Below, piece by piece: positions 39,455 to 49,331 of a stretch of DNA of 64,000 bases. The notes below the pieces were generated by a model. The model saw only the letters and a list, made by a program, of their open reading frames with translations, was not told where the DNA came from and ran no database searches. Location of the stretch: positions 3,819 through 67,818 of IMG/VR virus record IMGVR_UViG_3300032301_000360, one strand, 5' to 3'. The position numbers and the translations under genes are program-made. The stretch is from a virus (lineage: Duplodnaviria; Caudoviricetes). Position 1 is the first letter of the stretch, and each line of letters starts with the position of its first letter.

Positions 39455-42400
39455 TTATCTGCCAGGTATGACTGCATTCCTGAGAGCTAAATTTTCTTGC
39501 CTTCTTGCTTCTAGATACGATGTGTGGACACCACCAATTCGTGTCTCTGCCTCTCGGGTAGTCAAACGATCTTCAGGACGCAGAGCACTAGGATCTCTAA
39601 GTCCACGTTCCCCGGATGGATCCACGCCGCTGTCAGGAGCTCTTCCTCTACCCCCCACAAAGTTCTCATTCCTTGTTTGTGCTAAAAGAGTCTCATTATC
39701 TGCGTTAATTTGTGCTTGACGACTGTTGGCACTTATGGAGGCACCGTTTGCTGAAGGGGATACTGAAACATCAGTTGCATCTTGGCTACGCTGTATGTTA
39801 GCAGGGCTGGCGTTAGGATTTTGTTTAGCAGTATTAGCTGGTGTTTGACCTGTAGAGTCTGCTTGTCCAGGCTGTGTTGTGGGCACTTGTTGAGGCTGAG
39901 TTGCATTCACCGCAGTTCTGTCTGCTGCTCTCAATTGATCCACATTGATTAGCACATCTCTAAAAGCTTTAAGCCTTTGAGTAAACTTTCCTGACTTAAA
40001 TTCATGCATGCACTCTATTACAGTGTAAACACCGTAAAAGAATGTACTACCGTCATTAAGATCCATAAAGCCTGTATTTTCCTTGGGTGGTGATCCTGCT
40101 CTAAACTTTAACAGTATGTTGGCATCCTGATCATGTTTGTCCACCAAACCTGCTCTGCTGAAAGAGGTAGTGCCTGCGTTACCTGCTGTGGGCACGCCCA
40201 GCCTGTCTGGTAGGGAACCACCGGATCTTAATGTTTCCAGAAATCCCAATAACTCCTGTGTGCGTTCCAGATCTGTTATGCCCAACCAATAAGGATCTCC
40301 TCTTATTTCCAAATCAATTTCCAAAAGGTGTTGACCAGGCCTGTCATAAATTTGACTCAAGATGCTGGTCACCATGGGTCGTGTGCCTGCTGATTGTGTG
40401 GGAGTGCCGCCTTGCTCGTTACCTCCACCAGCCTCTATAACAGTGGATCTGGCAAAAGAGTTCTGGACGTCTCTGGGATCTGCATAATAACTTAACTCCA
40501 ACATATTGTTTCTAATAGCTAGGTTGATGTCTTCCACAAACTCGCGGGTAGCAGCTCTGGCTGCGTTTTGTGTTGCCACACGTTGACTAATATCTCTTAA
40601 TGTTGCGGCTTCTGCACCTGTGTTTGCTACACGTGCTAACAGTGTTCTCAATTGTTCATCAACTTCAAAGGGCACTATACTCTGCTTTGCTATTCTTTCC
40701 AATCTTTTTTCGGCTTCTGCTCTGGCAGTTAATAATCCAGATGCTCGTCTAGCCAGATCTTCTTCATCGTTATTTCTATCTGAATTCAAACTGCTTAATT
40801 GAGTGCTAATTGTTTGTAACTGCTGTGTGGCTTGTGTCTGTGCTTGTCCCAATTGGCCCACAGGAATTTCGCCAGTCAGATTGGGATCATTTGGACTAAC
40901 CCTATTTGAACTAGCATAAGTCATGGGAGTGGTAACCTGCAACAGTGGCTGAGATATAATATGCATCTGATTAAACTTGATGTCACAAGTGATTATCTCT
41001 GTATTCAATCCTGTATAAAAGTAATCGTACCTTTTTTTCAGATTCTTTGCAACCTCTTGCATGCGACTCTGTTGCAGGTTGGGGTCTGATTGCACAGCCT
41101 GTCCATACTGACTAGTGGGCACAGGTCTGTTACTTCTTTTAAGTCTAATAAAGAAGGTAAACTCTCGCACATAATCATTAGTGAGCAGATCCCAACCCAC
41201 ATTTCTGGTCACACATTCAATCGCAGGTATTTTGATTAATCCTCCTTCGTCCATGTTCTGTATGAAAAAGTTTGGATTTTTCAAACTGGCTAACAGGTCA
41301 TCCACTAGGGCGCTCACACTTATGCCTCTGCTCACCAAGATTTCTCCAGTTGAACTTTGTGGCACCGTAAAACTGTTCCTTCTGGAATTAGCTGTGGGCA
41401 CAAAGTTAATTTCCTCTTTGGCTAGATCAGGTTCCACAATAAACTTGTATATCATTAAGGGTAGTTTATGACCAGTTATGTTCTTTTCTCTTAGCTCCAC
41501 ATACATGGTGCTAATTTTATCACCTAAATTTCTAAAAAAGGTACCCACTCTGTTGTCACCGTATGCAACTCCAAATTGGCGATCTGCCTCTGCGCCCGTA
41601 ACTTCAATACGATGACTTTGAGGTAAAATCTGATAAGCGTCTCGAAAACCCAGATTGCCTTTCACACCCGCCTGTACGTCATATTTGGTGCCCACGTCTG
41701 TGAGCTGTGCATCAAATTCTGTTATTAATAACTGATATACTTTGGTAAGCTTTTGACTACCTGAGGGTGTGTATAGACTACCATCTTGCTTGATGTATCT
41801 GAATTCCATTTGTAGCAGAAAGGGTGCCAGTCTCCAATTGCGTACACCTAATGCCTGACTGGCCTGGAACATTTTGTCAGGCAGTGTGAGGCTGTAGGGC
41901 TCTGTGATCTGGATACGCAAGCCAGTGGTCATGTTGCTGCGGTTTCGGAAGTTGGCGCTGATAGCATCTGTGATTTCCACATCCCCTATAGCAAATCCTG
42001 TGGTTACACCAGTCTCAGCAATCACAATCTTTCTGATTTTGTTGGTCAAAAAGTTGTCCAACAAATTGGGATCTTCAGCATCCAGGTCATTTATCATGCA
42101 CAACTTGAACACATATGCCACACGATCATATTGATTATGAGGATTGGGTTCAAATTCCAGTCTAAGCGAACCCAATTGCGCACTAGTAGTGGCTGCTCCT
42201 ACAGGACCAGTAGGTCCGCCACCTGGAGTTAGGGGAGATGTTGCAGGGGTTTGATTAGCAGTTGCTGATGATGCTTGTTGTTGTACCGTTGCAGGCGTTG
42301 TGGCAGAACTACCTGTGGGGGTAGGACCTGCAGCCACATCAGGGATGGTGGGTACACTTGGTGGAGCAGCAGGTTCTGGAGGAGATACAGGTGACTCCGG

Positions 42401-42883
42401 CGGGGCTGGCTGAATGGGAGCAGTAGGTTCAGGCGGGGGTCCAGGCACAGGAGGAGGAGGCACAGGCACAGGCGGGGGCCCAGGCACAGGCGGGGGCCCA
42501 GGCACAGGTGGCTGAGGGGGTGGATTTGTTGGTATTCCAGGTGTTGGCACCACCACAGGGGCAGGTGGCTGAGTTGTTGGACTTTGGGGCGCAGCAGGTA
42601 ATGCAACTGCGGAGGGGGCAGCAGGTGCACTGGGGATAGTCTGCACATGATGTTCCCCAGATTCTAAAATTTCATCTGCTTGTTGGGTAGTTGTAGTGTC
42701 TGCTCGTCTAGCACTCACAAAAACATCAATCATTGAAGAGGCTCTGTGCTCCCTGGTTACTCTTTCCAAGATAGCAGCTTCTGCAGGAGTGGGTGGCCGT
42801 TGCTGTTCACGTGCCAGTCTTTGTTGAATGGCTTCAGCAGCTATTCTTTGCCCATCCCCCGGTCTGTAACCTTGGCCACTCAT
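39455..42883 (-). CDS. baseplate hub-associated tail protein with Pro-rich N-terminal linker
   Basis: Located between gp53-like and gp5 genes; EIRGDPYWL...FYGVYTVI...F.SGKFTQRL hub-like C-terminal motifs. Confidence 0.65.
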   Translation of the reverse strand: MSGQGYRPGDGQRIAAEAIQQRLAREQQRPPTPAEAAILERVTREHRASSMIDVFVSARRADTTTTQQADEILESGEHHVQTIPSAPAAPSAVALPAAPQSPTTQPPAPVVVPTPGIPTNPPPQPPVPGPPPVPGPPPVPVPPPPVPGPPPEPTAPIQPAPPESPVSPPEPAAPPSVPTIPDVAAGPTPTGSSATTPATVQQQASSATANQTPATSPLTPGGGPTGPVGAATTSAQLGSLRLEFEPNPHNQYDRVAYVFKLCMINDLDAEDPNLLDNFLTNKIRKIVIAETGVTTGFAIGDVEITDAISANFRNRSNMTTGLRIQITEPYSLTLPDKMFQASQALGVRNWRLAPFLLQMEFRYIKQDGSLYTPSGSQKLTKVYQLLITEFDAQLTDVGTKYDVQAGVKGNLGFRDAYQILPQSHRIEVTGAEADRQFGVAYGDNRVGTFFRNLGDKISTMYVELREKNITGHKLPLMIYKFIVEPDLAKEEINFVPTANSRRNSFTVPQSSTGEILVSRGISVSALVDDLLASLKNPNFFIQNMDEGGLIKIPAIECVTRNVGWDLLTNDYVREFTFFIRLKRSNRPVPTSQYGQAVQSDPNLQQSRMQEVAKNLKKRYDYFYTGLNTEIITCDIKFNQMHIISQPLLQVTTPMTYASSNRVSPNDPNLTGEIPVGQLGQAQTQATQQLQTISTQLSSLNSDRNNDEEDLARRASGLLTARAEAEKRLERIAKQSIVPFEVDEQLRTLLARVANTGAEAATLRDISQRVATQNAARAATREFVEDINLAIRNNMLELSYYADPRDVQNSFARSTVIEAGGGNEQGGTPTQSAGTRPMVTSILSQIYDRPGQHLLEIDLEIRGDPYWLGITDLERTQELLGFLETLRSGGSLPDRLGVPTAGNAGTTSFSRAGLVDKHDQDANILLKFRAGSPPKENTGFMDLNDGSTFFYGVYTVIECMHEFKSGKFTQRLKAFRDVLINVDQLRAADRTAVNATQPQQVPTTQPGQADSTGQTPANTAKQNPNASPANIQRSQDATDVSVSPSANGASISANSRQAQINADNETLLAQTRNENFVGGRGRAPDSGVDPSGERGLRDPSALRPEDRLTTREAETRIGGVHTSYLEARRQENLALRNAVIPGR
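42463..42508 (-). repeat. 18-nt tandem repeat encoding GPPPVP
   Basis: CAGGCACAGGCGGGGGCC x2.5 on the plus strand, with degenerate copies nearby. Confidence 0.85.
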
Positions 42884-43182
42884 TATAAGTATCCTTGCAA
42901 TTGATCTTTACTTGCAAATCTGATTTCCATGCCTGGTATCAGATCATAGATGGGATCCTTGATTACATCTGGATTTAACATGGTAAACACCCACCACAAT
43001 CTGGGAGTGCCATATAAATCTTGGCTGAGTAGATCTGGTCTGTGTTTGTATCTGTTTTCCAACACAAGTATGCCATCTGACAAACTTGGTGCTACGGATG
43101 GTGGATTCCAGATGTCCAAGTAAGTGCTGGTTTGTGGTGTTTGGTAATACGGTGAGGATTTGTTATAAGTGGCCCTCATCAC
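42883..43182 (-). CDS. gp53: baseplate wedge gp53/LysM-like protein
   Basis: YKHRPDLLSQDLYGTPRLWWVF...DPIYD. Confidence 0.8.
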   Translation of the reverse strand: MMRATYNKSSPYYQTPQTSTYLDIWNPPSVAPSLSDGILVLENRYKHRPDLLSQDLYGTPRLWWVFTMLNPDVIKDPIYDLIPGMEIRFASKDQLQGYL

Positions 43183-44120
43183 ACAAAGTCCTTCTGGTTA
43201 CTAGCACCATTGATGTATGCAGGCAGGTTAAATCTCTTCCTAAGCTCATCTGGAGTGTGTTGTATGGTCATGTTACATGTAATTTTGAACATGCTGGGCA
43301 ACCACACTGTATAGCTTTGTGGAGAGCTGGAAACTGTGCCTGGCACCGCAGCAATGGCAGCTCTTGCAGGTAACACAAGTCTTTGTATGGCAGGAGTACC
43401 TGGACCATCGTTAGATGCTGGCGCAGCTTCCTGTAACACTATCTCTGGTCTAGCTCTTAGACCAGGTGTGCCCGCTGACGTGGTCAGATTCACACCACTC
43501 ACTGTGACCTGCACATAATCCACATCTTGGGGGAATTCCACGTTAAAATCTTTTACTATCACAGGCACATCCTTGAACATGAATGCACCATATGCATTAA
43601 ACAACAACACAGGCGGTGGTGTACCTGCTTGTGGGTCTGTTTCCCCAAAGTTCATTTTGGCCATGGTTCTCAGAAAGTGGATGGCTGCAAGCGCATATGC
43701 ACCTTCCTGTTGGTTCTGCACAGTAAACTCACCAGTAACTCCTATGTTAACGGCAGGAGTTCTACTATAGATATGAAAGTCTTGATTGGCATGGGTCACC
43801 TCAACTGATCCATATGTGATAGGATGCTGATAGCTGATGCTGGGAGTATATGGCCACACAAGACCACCACGTGACTTGAGTGGCAATAGCAAACCGTTAC
43901 CATACACTCTGTTAGCGGCAGCAGCCTTGGGTCGTAAACTGACCATTCTATCTTCAGCGTTTTGATTTTTGTAGTTGGTGCCAGCAGTGGCACCCAGACC
44001 AAATCCACCAAATGAGGTGCGAGGCAGCACAGCATTGGCGATAGTACCCAATGCATTTCTGCCCAGTGCACCCCCAATATTTCCTGTATTAAATCCACCA
44101 AATCGTGGCATTAGCTTCAC
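43179..44120 (-). CDS. tail tube initiator/baseplate (gp48/gp54-like) protein
   Basis: GLVWPYTP.I...THANQ.FH.Y...FLRTM.KM.FG...PPPVLLFNAYG...F.DVPVIV; carries an Ala/Pro-rich insertion. Confidence 0.65.
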   Translation of the reverse strand: MKLMPRFGGFNTGNIGGALGRNALGTIANAVLPRTSFGGFGLGATAGTNYKNQNAEDRMVSLRPKAAAANRVYGNGLLLPLKSRGGLVWPYTPSISYQHPITYGSVEVTHANQDFHIYSRTPAVNIGVTGEFTVQNQQEGAYALAAIHFLRTMAKMNFGETDPQAGTPPPVLLFNAYGAFMFKDVPVIVKDFNVEFPQDVDYVQVTVSGVNLTTSAGTPGLRARPEIVLQEAAPASNDGPGTPAIQRLVLPARAAIAAVPGTVSSSPQSYTVWLPSMFKITCNMTIQHTPDELRKRFNLPAYINGASNQKDFV

Positions 44121-44185
44121 CCATGTGTTGAGATATTGTTAATATTTATGGGCACAATTTCACATGATTTTAAGTAAATATGAAC

Positions 44186-44992
44186 ATGAAATTAACAGAA
44201 TTCACACACAATACACTCTTGCAAGAGGGTGGTAACATTTTTAAGACTCCCACAGGCACAAGTGCTACTACAAAGATTGACCGTGCAGACATTTTGCCCA
44301 CACTTCGCATTTTGGAACCAGCATTGCAGATCCCCTTGGTAGTGAATGTGTTGGGTAGTGCAGGAAAGAAAGCTATAAGCGGGGACATTGACATAAGTGT
44401 GGATCCTGAGCAGATCACTAAAGACAAGCTGATCCACAAACTCACTCAGTGGGTGCATGATGTTTATCAAGTGGATGGTGCTGCATGGGTTAAAAAGAGT
44501 GGCATCAGTGTGCACTTCAAGATGCCCATTAGAAACGATCCTAAAAAGGGATTTTGTCAAATTGACTTTATGTTTCACGGTGGCGGAGATCCTGAAACTG
44601 AGTGGATGAAGTTCAGCATGTACAGCGCAGGAGACGCAAGTGCATACTCTGGTGCTGATCGCAACATGCTCATGAGTTCAATTGCCAAGGCACAAGGAGT
44701 CAAATACAGCTGGCAGAAAGGTCTCATACGCAGAGAAGATGAAAGTTTGATCAGCAGAGATCCTGATCAGATTGCTAAAAAATTGCTGGGACCTCAGTTT
44801 GACCATACCGCACTATTGAGTGTGGAAACCATTCAGCATGCACTTGATCAAAGACCAGAGATCAAAGTCAAGTTAGAGCAGCTGGCTCACTCGCTGGAAC
44901 GGGATACCACACCTGAAGGTGTACAGATAAAACCTGGTCAAATGAGGGTCAACCAGGAAGAGGCTGATCGCATCCGTAGGTTGGTGCCTTAG
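44186..44992 (+). CDS. Pol-beta superfamily nucleotidyltransferase, probably head-packaged
   Basis: LGSAGKK..SGDIDI (GS...DxD) plus third Asp in QIDFM; TAAATA 5 nt before ATG 44186; LLQE leader. Confidence 0.75.
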   Translation: MKLTEFTHNTLLQEGGNIFKTPTGTSATTKIDRADILPTLRILEPALQIPLVVNVLGSAGKKAISGDIDISVDPEQITKDKLIHKLTQWVHDVYQVDGAAWVKKSGISVHFKMPIRNDPKKGFCQIDFMFHGGGDPETEWMKFSMYSAGDASAYSGADRNMLMSSIAKAQGVKYSWQKGLIRREDESLISRDPDQIAKKLLGPQFDHTALLSVETIQHALDQRPEIKVKLEQLAHSLERDTTPEGVQIKPGQMRVNQEEADRIRRLVP

Positions 44993-47229
44993 TTGGTTTT
45001 GGCTGCATAATTAGGGTCAACAGCATCTGCCTCAATCCAGTCAAACACCAGGTCAAAGTCTGGCAACAATGTGGGCAAGGGTAGGTTTGCATGCCAGTTG
45101 TATGACACACTCACATGTGGAATATAATTGGCAAACTTGTGATTTATGCCAGAGCGGATCAAATGGGCATGCATACTCATGCACTGTGGGGAATCCAGTT
45201 TCAACACCAAGCTACTGTTGCCCAACACTTCCCAACTCACAGGCTTGGTGATCACATGTGTTTCTGTGTTGTTAAGTTTGAATAGATAGGGTTCTGGTCT
45301 CATGGTGCTGATCAAAGTCAAGTGCATGTGTTCCGGATTCATGCATGGTATGCCATGTTGTGCACACCATTCTGATAGCTTGTGAGCATGAGTTTGATTC
45401 ATGTGTAACATGACTATGGTGCCCAAATCACTTCGTGTGGACTCTTGCATGGGGTTAAGCATCATGCCATTTCTAACTTGTGTGTATAAATCTTGAGCCA
45501 GCTCATCCGACAGACCCACTGCTGCTTTAAATTTACTAAAGTCCCCTTGTGTGGCCAACTTTCTGACCAAAGTCCCTGAAATACCTTGCACACCTTTGGC
45601 ATTTGGATCTCTTTTACCAGCACTGACCATCTTCCAGGTCACAGGCTCTCTTTTATATTTGGTGCGAATGGCTTCACTGTTCCAACTAGTAAGCATTTTG
45701 GCAAATAATGGCACATCAGGTTCGCCAGCCACCATGGTGATGTCTCTGTAGCCTTGATTATACAACCAATCCATGGCCAACAAGGGTGTCTTAATAGATT
45801 CAAACTGTGCACCTGATGCTAGGTGACTGGCATATGCAGGTATTATGGACTTGACAAATTTCATCTTAGTGTGCCAATCTAGCGGATTCTCCACAGGCTC
45901 CTGCTTGTGACTTAAGAAAATCCAGTAATCATCATTACCTGCCTCGGCAGCCACCTTGTCCATGAGCTTTTTATGCCCTCTTGTGGGTGGGTTCATTCTA
46001 CCAAATGCAAACACCACTCTGTGAGGAGAATGTGACTCTGCAGAATCTGCTGTTTGCTCAGTGAGGGTTGCATCCTTTTTCATGAACTGTGCACGGTTAA
46101 CCAACTTGATGATGCCTTCAGGTGTCACACTCACAAAGCCTTCATGCCCAGGTACATCATGCAAATCAGCCTTCACTTTGTCACCCACAGTGGCATCCAT
46201 CTGCTGCTTGAGATCCAGTTTGATATCCACCAACAGTTGCACCATTTGCCACACTGTGTTGTAGGCCACCACATGCTGTTCAATCCATGTTAGCATGTTT
46301 TCACGTGCCTTCTGGGTCACTTTGGCCTTTTCACTCATTATGTATTGGAAAAACTGTTCACTAGCATGGCTGAAATCTGTATCCCCTTCTCCCGCTTTGT
46401 GAGCCAAAAAGCTTTTCATCACCATGGGCAGACCTTTTATCTGCCTGTCGCTCAGGCTAACAGGATTTAGGAATTCATTAACCTGAGCACCTTTACTCTG
46501 TATCAACTGTTGTAGTTTTTTCTTTAAGCCTGCATCCAGCTCAAATGGTTGTGCAAACTGCATTTCATGTGGCACAACCACCACTTGGGTAGTGCTTTTG
46601 ATGCCCAGTTCCCCAGGGTCTCGTAATGCTTGTGGCTCTGCATCTTGTGGTGAATCGTACATGCTGTGAAACACAATACCCACTTGGCTCATGCCAATCT
46701 GTTTACCCAAATCGCTTGACACAGGCACTTGATATTTGATCTTGTTGGGTTGGAACACATATGCACCATGTTGTTCCGGTGGTGTGTGAGTCCACAACAG
46801 ATCACCTTGCACAAACCCCTTCAAACTGTGGGGTATAACCTGCTTGAGTAGGGGATACAGTTGTGCAATCTTATGGGCATATGACTGTCTGGCTGCTTTA
46901 GCTTGTGGAGTGTCCAGCTTGATCCTGCGATTCAGGATCATGCGAGCCAGATCTTGAGCATTTGTGGTCAAACCATCATACCCTTTTGCACTAAAGCCAG
47001 CTTTGTCAGTGAGCATGAATTCACCAGCTCGCCAGCCAGCCACAAGTGCGGGGCTGCCATCCCATTTTATACTCACTTGTTCAGGACGTTGTGCACTCAG
47101 CTCTAAGATCTTCAATGCTTGTTGAGCACCTTTAGCCCCTGCATCCCAGATTAGATCTTCTGGGTGCTCAATTCTGGCTTTAACTTCCAGCAGTAGTTCA
47201 CGCGATTCAAACAAGTGCGATAATTTCAT
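44989..47229 (-). CDS. tri-domain protein: ligase-like covalent NTase + HIGH-family cytidylyltransferase + 2H phosphodiesterase (Acb1-like)
   Basis: KWDGS...QGDLL...EGFV...KLVNR; FGRMNPPTRGH; HLTLIS...PHVSV. Likely start MKLSHLFE at 47229, with TAAATA at 47264-47269 (minus strand). Confidence 0.7.
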   Translation of the reverse strand: MKLSHLFESRELLLEVKARIEHPEDLIWDAGAKGAQQALKILELSAQRPEQVSIKWDGSPALVAGWRAGEFMLTDKAGFSAKGYDGLTTNAQDLARMILNRRIKLDTPQAKAARQSYAHKIAQLYPLLKQVIPHSLKGFVQGDLLWTHTPPEQHGAYVFQPNKIKYQVPVSSDLGKQIGMSQVGIVFHSMYDSPQDAEPQALRDPGELGIKSTTQVVVVPHEMQFAQPFELDAGLKKKLQQLIQSKGAQVNEFLNPVSLSDRQIKGLPMVMKSFLAHKAGEGDTDFSHASEQFFQYIMSEKAKVTQKARENMLTWIEQHVVAYNTVWQMVQLLVDIKLDLKQQMDATVGDKVKADLHDVPGHEGFVSVTPEGIIKLVNRAQFMKKDATLTEQTADSAESHSPHRVVFAFGRMNPPTRGHKKLMDKVAAEAGNDDYWIFLSHKQEPVENPLDWHTKMKFVKSIIPAYASHLASGAQFESIKTPLLAMDWLYNQGYRDITMVAGEPDVPLFAKMLTSWNSEAIRTKYKREPVTWKMVSAGKRDPNAKGVQGISGTLVRKLATQGDFSKFKAAVGLSDELAQDLYTQVRNGMMLNPMQESTRSDLGTIVMLHMNQTHAHKLSEWCAQHGIPCMNPEHMHLTLISTMRPEPYLFKLNNTETHVITKPVSWEVLGNSSLVLKLDSPQCMSMHAHLIRSGINHKFANYIPHVSVSYNWHANLPLPTLLPDFDLVFDWIEADAVDPNYAAKTN

Positions 47230-47345
47230 AAGATGGGTCCACAGAATTTTGATATGTGTATTATATTTAACTAATGCATGTGACCATTTTGACAATGAAA
47301 ATTCCGGTACACACACTTGACTTAACTTTAACTAATAGCAGGCAA

Positions 47346-48185
47346 ATGAGCATATCACCCGCACCCAAGATCAAATACCTCACCAATAAAGATTTGTTGG
47401 CCGCCATTCATGAGAGTAAAAACACATATTGTGAATTTGATCATGTGAAATTTAGTCGCTATGACCTGATAGTGAGCAGTCTGGAAGGTGTCACAACAGA
47501 AATGTTAGAGGCAGCCAGAGCCAAAAGACTGTCAGACACCCTGACTGAAGCCAAAAAGGACAAAAAGGCACCACCACCCAATTTGAGTGTGGATGACTTT
47601 CCCTTAGATGAGATTGTGGTACGTCGCATGACTTTTGAACACATACCATTCAATGTACTAAAATTTGACAAAGCAAAAACACCCAGTGAGCGTCATATCA
47701 GATGCCCATTTCCACCCTTCAAACATTATGTGTGCAGAAATGGTGCATGGACGTGTGTGGGACAAAGTCATTCCCGGAATGGTGAATTTTGTATCACACA
47801 TGGCAAAGTGACCAACAGATTGGGGGCCATGTGGATGAAGTTGGTGGACAGATATGGTCATCGTGGTAACTGGAGAGGTTATTCCTATCTGGAAGAGATG
47901 AAAGCACAATCCTTGCTGCAATTAAGTCAAGTGGGTTTACAGTTTGATGAGAGTAAAAGTTTGAATCCATTCTCATATTATACAAGTGTGGTGAGCACTT
48001 CATTCCTCAAGATACTCACCACAGAAAAGAAAAGTCAAACTATCAGAGATGACTTGTTGATCATGCACAATCACATGCCCAGCCACACACGTCAAACTGA
48101 AGACTCCATGACCCAGAGGCAAACCATGGAGGGTCCTGGAGATACAGATCCCACATTACTGGGTGCCACACCCACAGGCGCATGA
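47346..48185 (+). CDS. gp55: late transcription sigma factor, T4 gp55-like
   Basis: YLTNKDLL..I..SK; NWRGYSYLEEM...QFDESKS.NPFSYYT; upstream of gp47/gp46 as in T4-like phages. Confidence 0.85.
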   Translation: MSISPAPKIKYLTNKDLLAAIHESKNTYCEFDHVKFSRYDLIVSSLEGVTTEMLEAARAKRLSDTLTEAKKDKKAPPPNLSVDDFPLDEIVVRRMTFEHIPFNVLKFDKAKTPSERHIRCPFPPFKHYVCRNGAWTCVGQSHSRNGEFCITHGKVTNRLGAMWMKLVDRYGHRGNWRGYSYLEEMKAQSLLQLSQVGLQFDESKSLNPFSYYTSVVSTSFLKILTTEKKSQTIRDDLLIMHNHMPSHTRQTEDSMTQRQTMEGPGDTDPTLLGATPTGA

Positions 48186-48266
48186 CCATATCCTTATGAT
48201 GTACCTGTTGATTTAACCCATGTGAGACCCTTATAATCACATATACTCAAGGGTGACTTCACAATC

Positions 48267-49331
48267 ATGCAAATAACCACAAATGCTATCACAAACACTG
48301 TGCCAGCAATGGATCTTTCTCAAGTGGATCTAACCCACACTGTGGTGATGACCGATCTACATCTAGGTTTGAAAAACAATAGCAAGCAACACAACGAATG
48401 GTGTGTGCAATTCATTCAGTACATGATTGAACAAGCCCAAGCTGAAAACATTAAAACCTGTTTGTTTTTGGGCGATTGGAGCCATAATAGAAGTTCAGTG
48501 AGCGTGGTCACACTCAATTACAGCTTGCAATGCTTGCGAATGTTGAGTGAAGCTTTTGATAATGTGATCATGATCTTGGGCAATCATGATTTGTATTTCA
48601 GAGACAAGCTGGACATGCACTCTATTCCGTATGTGCAGGAATTTAACAACATTCACTTGATTACAGAAATCACCACACAAGGTGACTGTGTGTTTGTGCC
48701 CTGGCTGGTGGGTGATCAATGGAAGCAGATTCCCAAAATCAAGCAGCCATACATGTTGTGTCATGCAGAAATTGCACGCTTCAAGATGAACGCCATGGTG
48801 GAATTGCCTGATCATGGTGGGTTAAATTCGGATCACTTTAAAAATCAGGAACTTGTGATAAGCGGACATTTCCATAAGCGTCAACGCAAGGGCAAAGTGT
48901 TGTACATGGGTAATGCTTTTCCTCACAATTATTCAGATGTGCATGATGATGATCGTGGTTTCATGTTCTGGCAGCCTGGTTCAGAACCTGTGTTCCATGC
49001 ATGGCCAGGAGCACCCAAATATCGCACATGGGAATTAAGCCAGGTACTCATGAATCCCACCACATATATTGATGATCACACATTTGTGAAGATCAATGTG
49101 GATGTCAACATGAATTATGAAGACTTAAACTTTGTTAAAGAGTTGTTTGAACAAGAACTTCAAGCCCTGGATGTCACATGGGTGCACGCAAAACAAGGTG
49201 CAGACACAGAGTTCACAGATGAGGACATACAGTTTGAAAGTGTGGACCAAATTGTACTGGATCACTTGAATGCCATTGAGAGTGTCACCATGGATCGCCA
49301 GCTATTAACCCAAATCTATCAGAGCATTTGA
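48267..49331 (+). CDS. gp47: recombination endonuclease subunit, gp47/Mre11/SbcD
   Basis: DLHLG, GDW, GNHD, HAE, SGHFH phosphoesterase motifs. Confidence 0.93.
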   Translation: MQITTNAITNTVPAMDLSQVDLTHTVVMTDLHLGLKNNSKQHNEWCVQFIQYMIEQAQAENIKTCLFLGDWSHNRSSVSVVTLNYSLQCLRMLSEAFDNVIMILGNHDLYFRDKLDMHSIPYVQEFNNIHLITEITTQGDCVFVPWLVGDQWKQIPKIKQPYMLCHAEIARFKMNAMVELPDHGGLNSDHFKNQELVISGHFHKRQRKGKVLYMGNAFPHNYSDVHDDDRGFMFWQPGSEPVFHAWPGAPKYRTWELSQVLMNPTTYIDDHTFVKINVDVNMNYEDLNFVKELFEQELQALDVTWVHAKQGADTEFTDEDIQFESVDQIVLDHLNAIESVTMDRQLLTQIYQSI

